Shown here piece after piece: positions 20,011 through 28,932 of a stretch of 64,000 nt of DNA. Both the position numbers and the translations under genes were made by a program. This DNA comes from a virus. Taxonomy: Duplodnaviria > Caudoviricetes. The stretch is taken from IMG/VR virus record IMGVR_UViG_3300031867_000021, positions 43,603-107,602 of that record; one strand, written 5' to 3'. The notes beneath the pieces are model-generated. The model did no database searches, was not told where the DNA came from, and saw only the letters and a program-made list of their open reading frames with translations. Within the stretch, counting starts at the first letter, position 1. Each line of letters opens with the position of its first letter.

Positions 20011-20039
20011 ATTATAACCTATTTTATAATTCCTGTCAC
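20011..20039 (-). promoter_or_regulatory. Promoter for immunity plus hydrolase genes
   Basis: GTGACA-17 bp-TATAAT on minus strand. Confidence 0.65.
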
Positions 20040-20047
20040 CTGCTTTT

Positions 20048-21652
20048 TCAGGGGAAATTCTTAATTCTTTCAATGTTTCTGGGCCTTTTTAAACCTGACA
20101 TATTATTATACATAATATTGCCAAGCTCGTCCTTCCGCTTCTGTGCCGTTTCCGGCTTTCTCTGCTCTTCGTACTGAGGATGCTGCACTTCCTTGCCGAC
20201 CAAGCTCTCCGGCGTATGGAACTGAAGCTCGAATCTCGTGCCGGTCGGTGATTCGAATACGCAGTTAACACCACGATAAGCTTTTTTGATGGAATAACTG
20301 TCCCACGTATTCTTGACTTTTACGGTTTTGTACCCCTTGGCTTCGAGCGCCTTTTGAGTCTTCTCGAAATGCTCCACCAGATTGTCAGTCGTACATGCCT
20401 GCGTGTAACGAACCAGATCGCTCAGATTGTCCGCAGCTTCTTCGTATGTCGGATAAGTTCCATCCGCCCTTCTTTCGGACATTGTTTCAGCGATCTTATC
20501 CGCCACACGGCAACCGCCATCGCTGCTGTCGGAAGCTTTCTTCAGCCGATATTCAAGTCCGAACATTTCAGTGCCAAGATCATCGGCAATATCACACAGA
20601 TCATTTGTGATTTTCGGCTCGTTGGCAAGATCCTTTTTGTATTTTTCAACGGCGTAAGGTTTCAGCTTGGATGAGATATTTCCCAGGAACTTTTTGGTCA
20701 ATGCCTTGCTTTCGGCTTCGGTCGGCCGCCCGGCCTGCGGTTTGCTCATGATTCCTTCATATCTCTCATAGATTTCGCGTTCCTCAGAGCCGGCAGGCCA
20801 CTGCTTCGCTTTTTCCTTGCACATCACGGACGCTTCACGACACGCACTGGCAACTTTATCAAGATTCTGCTTTGCGGCCTTGCTCAGCTTGCGCGGCGTC
20901 TCGGAACCAGTTCTCTGCGGATCGTAGGCCACTGAAGCCGGTTCCTTCATTGTTTCGGCATTCTTGGTTTTGGTTCCTTTTTCAAGCAGCCACGGGCCGT
21001 CGTGCTGCTCGACAAGCAGGTCACTGCTGATTCCGTTCTGTTTTGCGAACTTTTCGATGATCTTGCTTTCGCTGTACGTCTTTGAATAAGGCATCGTAAC
21101 AGATTCGCGCCCAGGAGCGGATATTGTGCAATACGGCTTTGACCTGCCAGACTTTCCGCGGCTTTCCCAATTGAGCCGGATCTTCGCTTCCTCTACATCA
21201 AAATTGGAAACATCCGGCTTCGTGCCACCCCATCTGCCATACCAATTTTCTGGAACACCGGTTTTTGTCGGCTTTGAACTTTTTCCGTTTCCCACGAAAA
21301 AAGTGGTGTAATTTCCAAACTCACTCTTGGCCGGTTTCACTGCAGCAGGCTTTGCGGCCGCTTTCGCCGCTCTTCTCGCAGCAGTCTGGGCTTTTCCTTC
21401 GGCCTTGACCTCGCCCATGGTCTTGCCCTTCATGTTGGAGGGTCCTTTGTCGATCTTTCCCTTGGTTCCTCCACCGCCGCCTTCGGAAAAATGAACCTTG
21501 GTTCCGCCCTCCAGCGTCCGCCAGCCGCTGTCCTCGTCATCTTTGGCGATTTTCTGCATGCAGGCATCGGCTTCCATCAGGCTTTCGATTTCCTCAGCTT
21601 TCAGCGAATCCAGGGCTTTCATTTTAGCCACGAGCTTCAGCAGTTTTCCCAT
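20048..21652 (-). CDS. Tagged effector 5: C-terminal RelA/SpoT-family alarmone synthetase (Apk2-like toxSAS)
   Basis: RLK...SDLVRYT...KVKNTW...YRGVN...FELQFHT; divergent N-terminal tag DDEDSGWRTLEGGTKVHF...GKIDKG. Confidence 0.85.
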   Translation of the reverse strand: MGKLLKLVAKMKALDSLKAEEIESLMEADACMQKIAKDDEDSGWRTLEGGTKVHFSEGGGGGTKGKIDKGPSNMKGKTMGEVKAEGKAQTAARRAAKAAAKPAAVKPAKSEFGNYTTFFVGNGKSSKPTKTGVPENWYGRWGGTKPDVSNFDVEEAKIRLNWESRGKSGRSKPYCTISAPGRESVTMPYSKTYSESKIIEKFAKQNGISSDLLVEQHDGPWLLEKGTKTKNAETMKEPASVAYDPQRTGSETPRKLSKAAKQNLDKVASACREASVMCKEKAKQWPAGSEEREIYERYEGIMSKPQAGRPTEAESKALTKKFLGNISSKLKPYAVEKYKKDLANEPKITNDLCDIADDLGTEMFGLEYRLKKASDSSDGGCRVADKIAETMSERRADGTYPTYEEAADNLSDLVRYTQACTTDNLVEHFEKTQKALEAKGYKTVKVKNTWDSYSIKKAYRGVNCVFESPTGTRFELQFHTPESLVGKEVQHPQYEEQRKPETAQKRKDELGNIMYNNMSGLKRPRNIERIKNFP

Positions 21653-21676
21653 GATCTCATCTCCTCGTTTTTTCGC

Positions 21677-21709
21677 ATAATAAAAGCCCGGCGCTTTTCG
21701 CGTCAGGCT
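21677..21709 (-). terminator. Cassette-boundary terminator copy 1
   Basis: ataataaaagcccggcgc-ttttc-gcgtcaggct. Confidence 0.6.
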
Positions 21710-21815
21710 GTGGAGTTATATATAAATCCCTGATATAATAATCAGGTCGTATTTGACATGGGCTAAAACGCCCGGAGCTGCCTGCTGGAATGACTCAGCA
21801 GGAGGTGATGCACAA

Positions 21816-21893
21816 ATGACGAACTATGAGTTATTCATGGCCATCATTGCTGTTGCAAGCCTCGTCTTGGCCGCTTTTGCGCTAAGACGCTAA
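21816..21893 (+). CDS. Type I toxin-like hydrophobic peptide MTNYELFMAIIAVASLVLAAFALRR
   Basis: GGAGGTG RBS partly occluded by a cctgctg/cagcagg hairpin; single TM helix plus basic tail. Confidence 0.7.
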   Translation: MTNYELFMAIIAVASLVLAAFALRR

Positions 21894-21894
21894 C

Positions 21895-21969
21895 AAAAAG
21901 CACCGGGTAGTAGCAGCTACTCGGTGCCAGGTCTTCCCGGTTACACCATAACCAGCAAGTCTCCATCGC
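21895..21969 (-). ncRNA. Candidate antisense antitoxin RNA
   Basis: TTGACA-18-TATAAT at 22005-21976 (minus); terminator hairpin 21900-21927 plus U-tract; convergent on the peptide gene. Confidence 0.6.
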
Positions 21970-22024
21970 AGTGTCATTATACGGCGCCGGGCGGTTCTGT
22001 GTCAAGCAGGGCCACCCTTTCTTA

Positions 22025-22303
22025 CTACACCATGATCGGTTCAAACTCTTCGTCGTTTTCCTCTTCTTCGCTGTTTTGCGCATTGACATAATCCATATAC
22101 GCAAAAGACAGGTTTTCGTCTGTCACAACAGGCTTGCCTCCCATGAAAACGATGAACACAGGAATGCCTATGCAAAGAGGCGGTTCGTCAGGATTCTGGA
22201 AATACATTCCATAAACCACGCATCCTTTCCAATCCGGCTTGCGCAGCAGATAAACGGCACCATTTTGTTTTCCGATCTTTATCGCTTCTTTTTCATAATC
22301 CAT
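22025..22303 (-). CDS. Candidate immunity protein for papain-fold effector
   Basis: Small ORF with acidic tail directly downstream of the effector. Confidence 0.55.
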   Translation of the reverse strand: MDYEKEAIKIGKQNGAVYLLRKPDWKGCVVYGMYFQNPDEPPLCIGIPVFIVFMGGKPVVTDENLSFAYMDYVNAQNSEEEENDEEFEPIMV

Positions 22304-22348
22304 TTTACCCCCCCCTCTCTCTTGCTTCTGCATGAGGAAACCGTTCTG

Positions 22349-24730
22349 TTAAGTCCAGGACAGACGTATCTCCGGGAACTGAACATTCATTCCGTTAAGC
22401 TCGGAATTGTCGTTCCGATTTACCGGAGCTTGTGCTTTATCCAGAATTTTATCGCAATATTCGAGATTTGGCAACGCGTTGTCTATGCGAAGAAGCTTTG
22501 GCCTCCAGTTTCCTCCAGTCTCGGAATTAAGAGAGATTCTATCTAAGTATTTCTCAATCTCTTCCCCTCTGTGTTCCACAGCCATCTTCGTCGGATTTGG
22601 CTGAGGATCGAACAGGACAAGCTCATCTCCACGCTTTTCGGCAATAATGACATGAGCACCAGCTCTGCGGCCTTTCCAGCAGAATGAGAATGTGAACATC
22701 TGCCCCGGCTTTATACTGTCATTCAGCCATTCTTTGGCACTCTTTGCGTTTAGTTTCTTTTCTGGAACAACATATTCAGGCATCTCACCGGTATCTGGAT
22801 CCATCCACGCGACAGCCTGATTGGCCGCGATTGCGAGCTGGGTTTGATCTGCATCTCCAGCTCTCAATTTGGCACTTACATCATAACCGCGTCGTCTTAA
22901 TGCATACGCAATTACGCAAGTCTGACAATTTCCTCTTTGCTTCTTTGTGGCCACATCCCTAAGCGGATTGGCTTTCCCCTGATCCGCTTCTTCATGAGAC
23001 ATATCTCCGCTTGCTCTTCTTGCAACCCCTGCCACCTCTCTCGGATGATACATCTCCTCAATTTCTTCGGGAGTATGAGTCTCATGCCATGCCTCAATCA
23101 GGTTTCTTCTGGCTTCCGCATGCATTTGACGCTCTTCTTCAGCTCGGGCTTTTTCGGCGGCTTTTTTCTGCTTTTCGAGTTCTTTTGCTTCTTTATTTTT
23201 TTGCTCCTGAGCTTCCGCGCTGCTTGGCTCTGCACCAACCATCATTTTTTCCTGCAACAAAATATAATCGCGAAGCGGTTTCTGAGCGTCCTTTCCGCGA
23301 ATCAGGTTTCCATTGAGGCTTTGCATGATATCTTCCGCAGCATAAAAGTGATCATGAGTGAGCTCGGAAACGCTTGAAGGCTTCTGAAGCATGGCATAAT
23401 CGCGATTCCACAAATAAGCGTTCCTGCTTCTGCGGCCTATATCAATATACTTATTGACTGTATCCAGCAAAAGCTCTTTTTCCTGGTCTGTGAGCCTGTC
23501 AAGCTCTTCCTGCCTGACAGGCCCTCCCATCATCGACCCGGCATCGCCATAGATCCTGCTTCTGAGCTGCCAGACAGCCCTCATTCCGTAATAGCTGAGT
23601 TCGTTCGGATTCATCTTGTCGTAGGCAACCTTGTCGATGAAATCCTGATTCAGCTTGGCAAACTTCTCTGCTGTATACGCAGATGTATTCTCTGGCTGCC
23701 TTCCAAGCGCACTGGAAAGATAGCTTTCCATCATGCCGCGTCTGGTCGGCTGATACCAGCTGTAATCTCCGTTTTTCGGAGTTTCAGGAGCAACAGGCTC
23801 CGGCGGCGGCGCTGGCCGTTCCTTAGCTCCGGCATTGTACAATATTTCATCTGGAACTTCGTTTCCTGAAGTCGGACAATTCAGCGCCTTGGCCTTTATG
23901 TCCATCCAGACAAAAGCATCATCTTTCTCCCATCTGGTGAACCCTTCTCCGTCATCTGGAACTTCAGAGCCGTTCGCCTCAATCATGCCATATTTGTTTT
24001 TCAGATAATCGACAACCTTCTTGTCGGAATCCGAAAGCTTTTCATCCATGTACTCCTTGGCATTTTCCGGCCACCCACGCCCTTCGGCTATGAAGTCGGT
24101 AAGCTCTTTTCGTTTTTCGAGCGGCTGGCACTTCATGACGAAGTCTTCCGGGGTCATATCTTCCGTGAACTTCTCGAGCCCGGAATCCCGCAGCACATCG
24201 TCACGCTCTGTGGCGGTCAGCATTCCACTTGTCCACAGTTTATTCAGCCTGTTCACAACTTCCTTGCTGTGGTTCATGTCTCTTTTAATGTCGCCGATCG
24301 CCTTTACCGCTTCGATCTGCCGTTCCCCGGAAAGGTTCTGAAGCCAGTCCTTTTTCTTCGCTCCGGAAGCCCCACCGGAACCGGAAGAACCGCCAGAAGA
24401 ACTCCACGGGCTGCCAGACGTACCGCCCGAGCCCGGTAGAGCAACCTTCGGATGCTTCGGCCGCATAGGTTCTCCACTCTTTTTGACGCCCCAGGATTCT
24501 CCGATCCGCTTCCCATTGAATCTTCCGCCGAATCCAGCCTTGATCTCCCCTGTAGAAGTCTCAAGCCGGAAATGCTTTCCCTCTTCAGAAGTCCGCCAAA
24601 CCTCTTCGTCGCTGGCAACCTCTTCAATGGCTTCCGCATCCAGTCCAAGCAATTTGAGGGCGAAAGGCAGATACTCACTCTTCGGATTAGCCTCTGCAAA
24701 ACCCAGGAACATCTTTCCGATTGCACTCAC
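22349..24730 (-). CDS. Tagged effector 4: C-terminal papain-fold (glutamine deamidase-like) toxin domain
   Basis: NCQTCVIAYALRRRGYDV...GAHV...FDPQ Cys-His-Asp triad; tag WRTSEEGKHFRLETSTGEIKAGFGGRFNG; GGAGGTG RBS plus GTG at 24730. Confidence 0.8.
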   Translation of the reverse strand: MSAIGKMFLGFAEANPKSEYLPFALKLLGLDAEAIEEVASDEEVWRTSEEGKHFRLETSTGEIKAGFGGRFNGKRIGESWGVKKSGEPMRPKHPKVALPGSGGTSGSPWSSSGGSSGSGGASGAKKKDWLQNLSGERQIEAVKAIGDIKRDMNHSKEVVNRLNKLWTSGMLTATERDDVLRDSGLEKFTEDMTPEDFVMKCQPLEKRKELTDFIAEGRGWPENAKEYMDEKLSDSDKKVVDYLKNKYGMIEANGSEVPDDGEGFTRWEKDDAFVWMDIKAKALNCPTSGNEVPDEILYNAGAKERPAPPPEPVAPETPKNGDYSWYQPTRRGMMESYLSSALGRQPENTSAYTAEKFAKLNQDFIDKVAYDKMNPNELSYYGMRAVWQLRSRIYGDAGSMMGGPVRQEELDRLTDQEKELLLDTVNKYIDIGRRSRNAYLWNRDYAMLQKPSSVSELTHDHFYAAEDIMQSLNGNLIRGKDAQKPLRDYILLQEKMMVGAEPSSAEAQEQKNKEAKELEKQKKAAEKARAEEERQMHAEARRNLIEAWHETHTPEEIEEMYHPREVAGVARRASGDMSHEEADQGKANPLRDVATKKQRGNCQTCVIAYALRRRGYDVSAKLRAGDADQTQLAIAANQAVAWMDPDTGEMPEYVVPEKKLNAKSAKEWLNDSIKPGQMFTFSFCWKGRRAGAHVIIAEKRGDELVLFDPQPNPTKMAVEHRGEEIEKYLDRISLNSETGGNWRPKLLRIDNALPNLEYCDKILDKAQAPVNRNDNSELNGMNVQFPEIRLSWT

Positions 24731-24751
24731 TGCTTTCACCTCCGTTTTGCC

Positions 24752-24783
24752 ATAAGAAAAGCCCGGCACTCTCGTGTCGAGCT
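24752..24783 (-). terminator. Cassette-boundary terminator copy 2
   Basis: ataagaaaagcccggcac-tctc-gtgtcgagct. Confidence 0.6.
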
Positions 24784-24801
24784 ATGGTTAAATTCCTCTG
24801 C

Positions 24802-25017
24802 TTAAGCGTTTTTCTCTATCCAGTCTTTTGCAGCATCTGGAACTTCAACATTTTGGTCTTCAACATAGTCCATATATGGATCAAAACGAAGAAACTGGTT
24901 CGGTGCAACACCGAAGCCACCAAATGTTTTTCCGTTCCCGTAATAATATCTTCCATCTGGCAATGATACAAGCACTACGCCACGGTCGTCTTTGTAGAGC
25001 ACCTTTAATCCTTCCAT
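24802..25017 (-). CDS. Candidate immunity protein for effector 3
   Basis: 71 aa; start overlaps the effector 3' end. Confidence 0.55.
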   Translation of the reverse strand: MEGLKVLYKDDRGVVLVSLPDGRYYYGNGKTFGGFGVAPNQFLRFDPYMDYVEDQNVEVPDAAKDWIEKNA

Positions 25018-27188
25018 CTGATTTCGACCCCCCGTTGCTTTGCTAAACTCTCAATTTGTGCCCTGTCTTGGGAATTCTTGGGAATTTCTAAATATTCGAT
25101 ATCAGATGTTTGGATTCCTCCGTGAAACTGCAACTCTACATAATCCGTTGCGGTTTTTCCACTCTGGGCTATTTCGCTAAAAGTCCTTTCTGTGCGCTCA
25201 AGAACCTCTTTTGGTAGGCTTGCTCCAGAAAACGGATTCATTCCAAGAGAGTATATCTTTGGATCCGTCACAAGTGTTGGGACTTGCGAATTTCCAAGCT
25301 GCTTCTGCTGCAGGCTATCCCCAACGGTGAATGTCGTCCGGGTTTTTACATTGTCTTTTTTAAAGACTATTCTACAGTCGCCGTACATCTTGGCGCGTTC
25401 TGCGTGATCAAGAAAACCATATAGCTCATATTGATCATCGCCGATTTCGAGAGCATCCCCGCCATTGAAGAGATCCACGGCCAACGATTTCCGCATTTGA
25501 ATATCTTTGTGCCCATTCGATTCTCCGGTTTCAATCTGTGACTTCATTCTCCCATCTTGAAGGATCCCTAAAATGGCATTCGACTTTGTTCTGGCAGAAA
25601 AATCATGCTTATCCAGGGCATCCTTCAGGATTCGCTCATACTCCGGCGTCCGCTTTGAGTATGTATCGATTGCTGCTGCCTGTTCAGGGCTCGTTGAGGA
25701 ATATCCTCGTTTCACTTCATCGATATAATTATCATACGATTCTTTGTAAATGGGCATCAGCTCATCGTAAGCCTTCATCGTTGGAGTTTCCCGATAGCTT
25801 GGAGCCGTAACAGCAGTTTCACTGGCGCTTGCACTTTCTGTTCCCGCCGATTCATTTTGGCTTTCAGTCTCAGATTCCAACTTTGGCTGCTCTGCCTGCG
25901 TCTCTTTTTTCCCTTTGGAATTTTCCGGCGTGAAAGTATACTCAAACCCATACTCAGCGGCATGCTGCTTATAAAACTCATGGAACGGCTCGGTTTCCAG
26001 CCTTCGGATCTCGTCTTTCCGCTCCTGCGCAGCCTTTTTAGAAAGCTCATCATAACCAGATTTATCGAAATATGCCTGCAGGATCTCATTTGAGGCTCCG
26101 GCGTCCTTCATCTTGACCCATGTTTGAGCAATTTCTTCAAGCTTTCGGCGAGTTTCGTTCCCCTTCAGGTTTGCATCTGCTTGTTTCATCAGATCCAGGA
26201 CTGAAACCTCGGCGGGAACGGCTTTCTCCAAAGCATCCCTCATCCCGAGCCATCCACCGTTCACTTCTCCCCTGCCATACCTCTGATTCCTCAGCGTATA
26301 AGTCCCTTCAGGCGTGCTGACACGAATTTCAGTCGCTCCGTAGCCGAAATCATCCAGATCGTCATAGGAGAATGTCCCTCCGGCCGGATGATTGTGAAGC
26401 GAAATCGCTCCCGGCAGATGTTCTCGATTGGTTCCAACCGTCATGCCGACAGAATGCTTATCGCCCTTGGCCTGCGCCCTGATTTCACCATCTGGGCCAA
26501 CGATGAAAGACTGCTCGTTCTTGAGATTGGCGATCCTCTTTTCAATCTTCCTGAGCGCCTTGTCCTGCTGCGGGGTATTAGTGGGAAAAGGCTTTGCGTC
26601 CTGATGCTCTTCATCCCACAAACCGCGCTTTTTAAGCTCTTCCCGGCAAGCTTCCATCTTGGCCTGCGTCTCCGCCATCGAATCAAGATAGCTCTTTCTC
26701 ACGCCAGCATATTCCTGCTTTTTGGTCTCAGGAAAGGTTTCGTATTCCTTCAGAAATTTTTTGGCCTTTTGCAGGTCTTCGTTGTGTCTTCCGAACGCTC
26801 TGCCAACACCCGTATCTCCAAAGCCTTGAACCTTTTGCCGCAATGATTCCACGTTAGCTTTCTGACTTTCGGTCAGCGCCGGAGCCTTCGGCGTTTCCAC
26901 GGTTTTTGGAGCCGCTGCAGCCTGTTTTCTGCCGGCGGCGCTATTTTTGAAGACTGAACCAAGCTTTTCACCGTTGAACTTTCCACCGAACCCGGCTTTA
27001 ATCTCTCCGGTCGTGGTTTCCAACTTAAAATGGCGCCCCTCTTCTGAAGTGCGCCATACTTCCTCGTCGGCAGTTGTTTCTTTTTGACTATTGGCATCAA
27101 AGCCAAGCATTTTTAAGGCAAGATGTAGCGATGCGGTTCTGGGGCTTGTCTTTGAATACTCATAAAACAATCGTCCAATGGTTTTCAT
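25005..27188 (-). CDS. Tagged effector 3: JAB/MPN-like domain plus C-terminal DUF3626-like (putative ADP-ribosyltransferase fold) domain
   Basis: EQSF...HNHPAGGTFSYDD JAMM-like motif; KSQIETG..YG..TTFTVGDS..YVELQFHGG; tag WRTSEEGRHFKLETTTGEIKAGFGGKFNG. Confidence 0.7.
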   Translation of the reverse strand: MKTIGRLFYEYSKTSPRTASLHLALKMLGFDANSQKETTADEEVWRTSEEGRHFKLETTTGEIKAGFGGKFNGEKLGSVFKNSAAGRKQAAAAPKTVETPKAPALTESQKANVESLRQKVQGFGDTGVGRAFGRHNEDLQKAKKFLKEYETFPETKKQEYAGVRKSYLDSMAETQAKMEACREELKKRGLWDEEHQDAKPFPTNTPQQDKALRKIEKRIANLKNEQSFIVGPDGEIRAQAKGDKHSVGMTVGTNREHLPGAISLHNHPAGGTFSYDDLDDFGYGATEIRVSTPEGTYTLRNQRYGRGEVNGGWLGMRDALEKAVPAEVSVLDLMKQADANLKGNETRRKLEEIAQTWVKMKDAGASNEILQAYFDKSGYDELSKKAAQERKDEIRRLETEPFHEFYKQHAAEYGFEYTFTPENSKGKKETQAEQPKLESETESQNESAGTESASASETAVTAPSYRETPTMKAYDELMPIYKESYDNYIDEVKRGYSSTSPEQAAAIDTYSKRTPEYERILKDALDKHDFSARTKSNAILGILQDGRMKSQIETGESNGHKDIQMRKSLAVDLFNGGDALEIGDDQYELYGFLDHAERAKMYGDCRIVFKKDNVKTRTTFTVGDSLQQKQLGNSQVPTLVTDPKIYSLGMNPFSGASLPKEVLERTERTFSEIAQSGKTATDYVELQFHGGIQTSDIEYLEIPKNSQDRAQIESLAKQRGVEIRWKD

Positions 27189-27213
27189 CGTTATCACCTC
27201 CCCACAAAAACGC

Positions 27214-27242
27214 TTTACGCAATTTTGTCTATGTGCTATACT
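27214..27242 (+). promoter_or_regulatory. Antisense-oriented promoter
   Basis: TTTACG-17-TATACT with extended -10 TG. Confidence 0.6.
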
Positions 27243-27244
27243 TT

Positions 27245-27353
27245 AGGCATCAAGGGGAAACCCTGCAGGCCGTAACAGGCCCCCGACCAAACGGCACGGT
27301 CGAGGGAACGAGTTACGGCTGAAGCTGACGCCATGCCTCTTGCCAAGGATGGC
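27245..27353 (+). ncRNA. Candidate structured small RNA downstream of the CdiA-like nuclease gene
   Basis: Nested stems aggcat/atgcct, ggg-gaaa-ccc, ggccgtaac/gttacggct, cgacc/ggtcg directly after a promoter. Confidence 0.5.
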
Positions 27354-28919
27354 TCAGCGTGAAAGCTCCGATTGTTTCGGAGCTTTTCTTGCTTTATATT
27401 CAAGGCATTTATATGCCCCGTCTTTGTCGATTATTAAAACGCTCAAGTCCTGTTTTGAGCGTTTCGTGAGAGCCTTTTCGATTTTATTTTCTGCTTCTTC
27501 GATAGTGGCGCCACACGCACTTATATCAAAAATCAAGCCTCTGCTGTTTGGGGCAATTTGATTTAAGCCACTCCGAATCCTCAAGTCGAACGCATTTTGT
27601 GAATTGCTTTCCGGCGTTTTCAGATCCCAAAGTCCACCGCGCCAGAAATAATCAGGGTTGCTTTCATCTCTCAAAAAGTTTTCAGACAGAACAATCAAAT
27701 TCCCGCCGAATAGCTGATGCAATCTTTTCCCCATTTTTATCTCTGCGGCACTATGTTTTTTATCAACCCTGGTCATAACATAGAATGCGCCGGAACCTGG
27801 TTCTGCTTCCTTCTCGAACTCTTCCGTTTTGTCTCTTATTTGTTTTTCGGCTTTTGTGCCAGATTCTTTTCCCTGAGTATCGTATGTGGTTTCCGTCTCC
27901 CGCATGGTTGCATCAGCCGGCGCAACCTGCCGGCCTATAATCGCGACTGGAATAGTCTCGACCCCGTTCATCATGGCAGCCAGAGCCCTGTGCCGACCTT
28001 CCTGATTTTCTGTCGCATAGTCCAGATAAGGAATCGGGAATTTCTCCCCGTTTTCCATCAGATCGGCGTATTTATTGACCTTATAGGCTTCGGTTCCCGC
28101 AACAGTGTTTTCCAAGGTGCTGTTCGTGAAAATCTCGAAAGCGCATCTTTCCAGATATTCTTTCGGGCTCATCTCGACAACCTTGGCGCTTCCGTTCTTC
28201 AATTTTTCCCGCAGAGCCGGAACATCCGATTCCAGCGTGAAGCCCTCGAAATCTTTCCTTGTCGTTTCCTTAAGCTCCGGGTTGCCCCACTCGGCGATTT
28301 CATCAGAACGCTTCTGACGCTTCAGCTCATCCATTTTCCCGCCGTACTCTTCGGCCTCCTGCCCGGCCTTCTGAGACTCAGCAAAGCAGTCATCATATTC
28401 CTTCTTGAGCTGTTTGCCCTTCTCGGTATACCAGCCGAAGAGCCCGGCATATTGCGGCCCCATTGACTTCGCGTCGTCATCCGGGTACTCGATTTCATTC
28501 TTCAGCTCTCTGCTGATTTCCAGGAACCTCTTTGAGGCAGCGTCTTTCCTCTTCGTGGCATCAGCCCACTTGGTTCTTGCCGCTTCAAAATCCGGGTCAT
28601 TGATGAGGTTCTTCTCTCCCACGACAGAGGAAATCATTTTCGCTGTGCTTTCAGGCCGGATCCTCTTCGGCTTAGCTGCAGCTGGTTTCTTCGCAGACTG
28701 GCCGCCGCTGAAAGCTTCCTTCAGCGTCTCGCCGTTGTGCTTCCCTCCAAAACCAGCCTTGATCTCACCGGTACCAGATTCGAGCTTTATATGATGGCCT
28801 TCCTCGGTTGTTCTCCAGACTTCTGCATCATGTCCGAAAAGCTTCACCAGGAACTGAAGGGCCTTGTTCTTCCCTTCCCTATGCGCATAGGCTTTGTACA
28901 GCTCAGCTCTGATTCCCAT
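27354..28919 (-). CDS. Tagged effector 2: ParB/Srx-like domain plus C-terminal CdiA_C-like PD-(D/E)xK tRNase domain
   Basis: QEGRHRALAA; NPDYFWRGGLWDLKTP...IRSGLNQ; tag WRTTEEGHHIKLESGTGEIKAGFGGKHNG. Confidence 0.72.
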   Translation of the reverse strand: MGIRAELYKAYAHREGKNKALQFLVKLFGHDAEVWRTTEEGHHIKLESGTGEIKAGFGGKHNGETLKEAFSGGQSAKKPAAAKPKRIRPESTAKMISSVVGEKNLINDPDFEAARTKWADATKRKDAASKRFLEISRELKNEIEYPDDDAKSMGPQYAGLFGWYTEKGKQLKKEYDDCFAESQKAGQEAEEYGGKMDELKRQKRSDEIAEWGNPELKETTRKDFEGFTLESDVPALREKLKNGSAKVVEMSPKEYLERCAFEIFTNSTLENTVAGTEAYKVNKYADLMENGEKFPIPYLDYATENQEGRHRALAAMMNGVETIPVAIIGRQVAPADATMRETETTYDTQGKESGTKAEKQIRDKTEEFEKEAEPGSGAFYVMTRVDKKHSAAEIKMGKRLHQLFGGNLIVLSENFLRDESNPDYFWRGGLWDLKTPESNSQNAFDLRIRSGLNQIAPNSRGLIFDISACGATIEEAENKIEKALTKRSKQDLSVLIIDKDGAYKCLEYKARKAPKQSELSR

Positions 28920-28932
28920 GCGCATCACCCCT

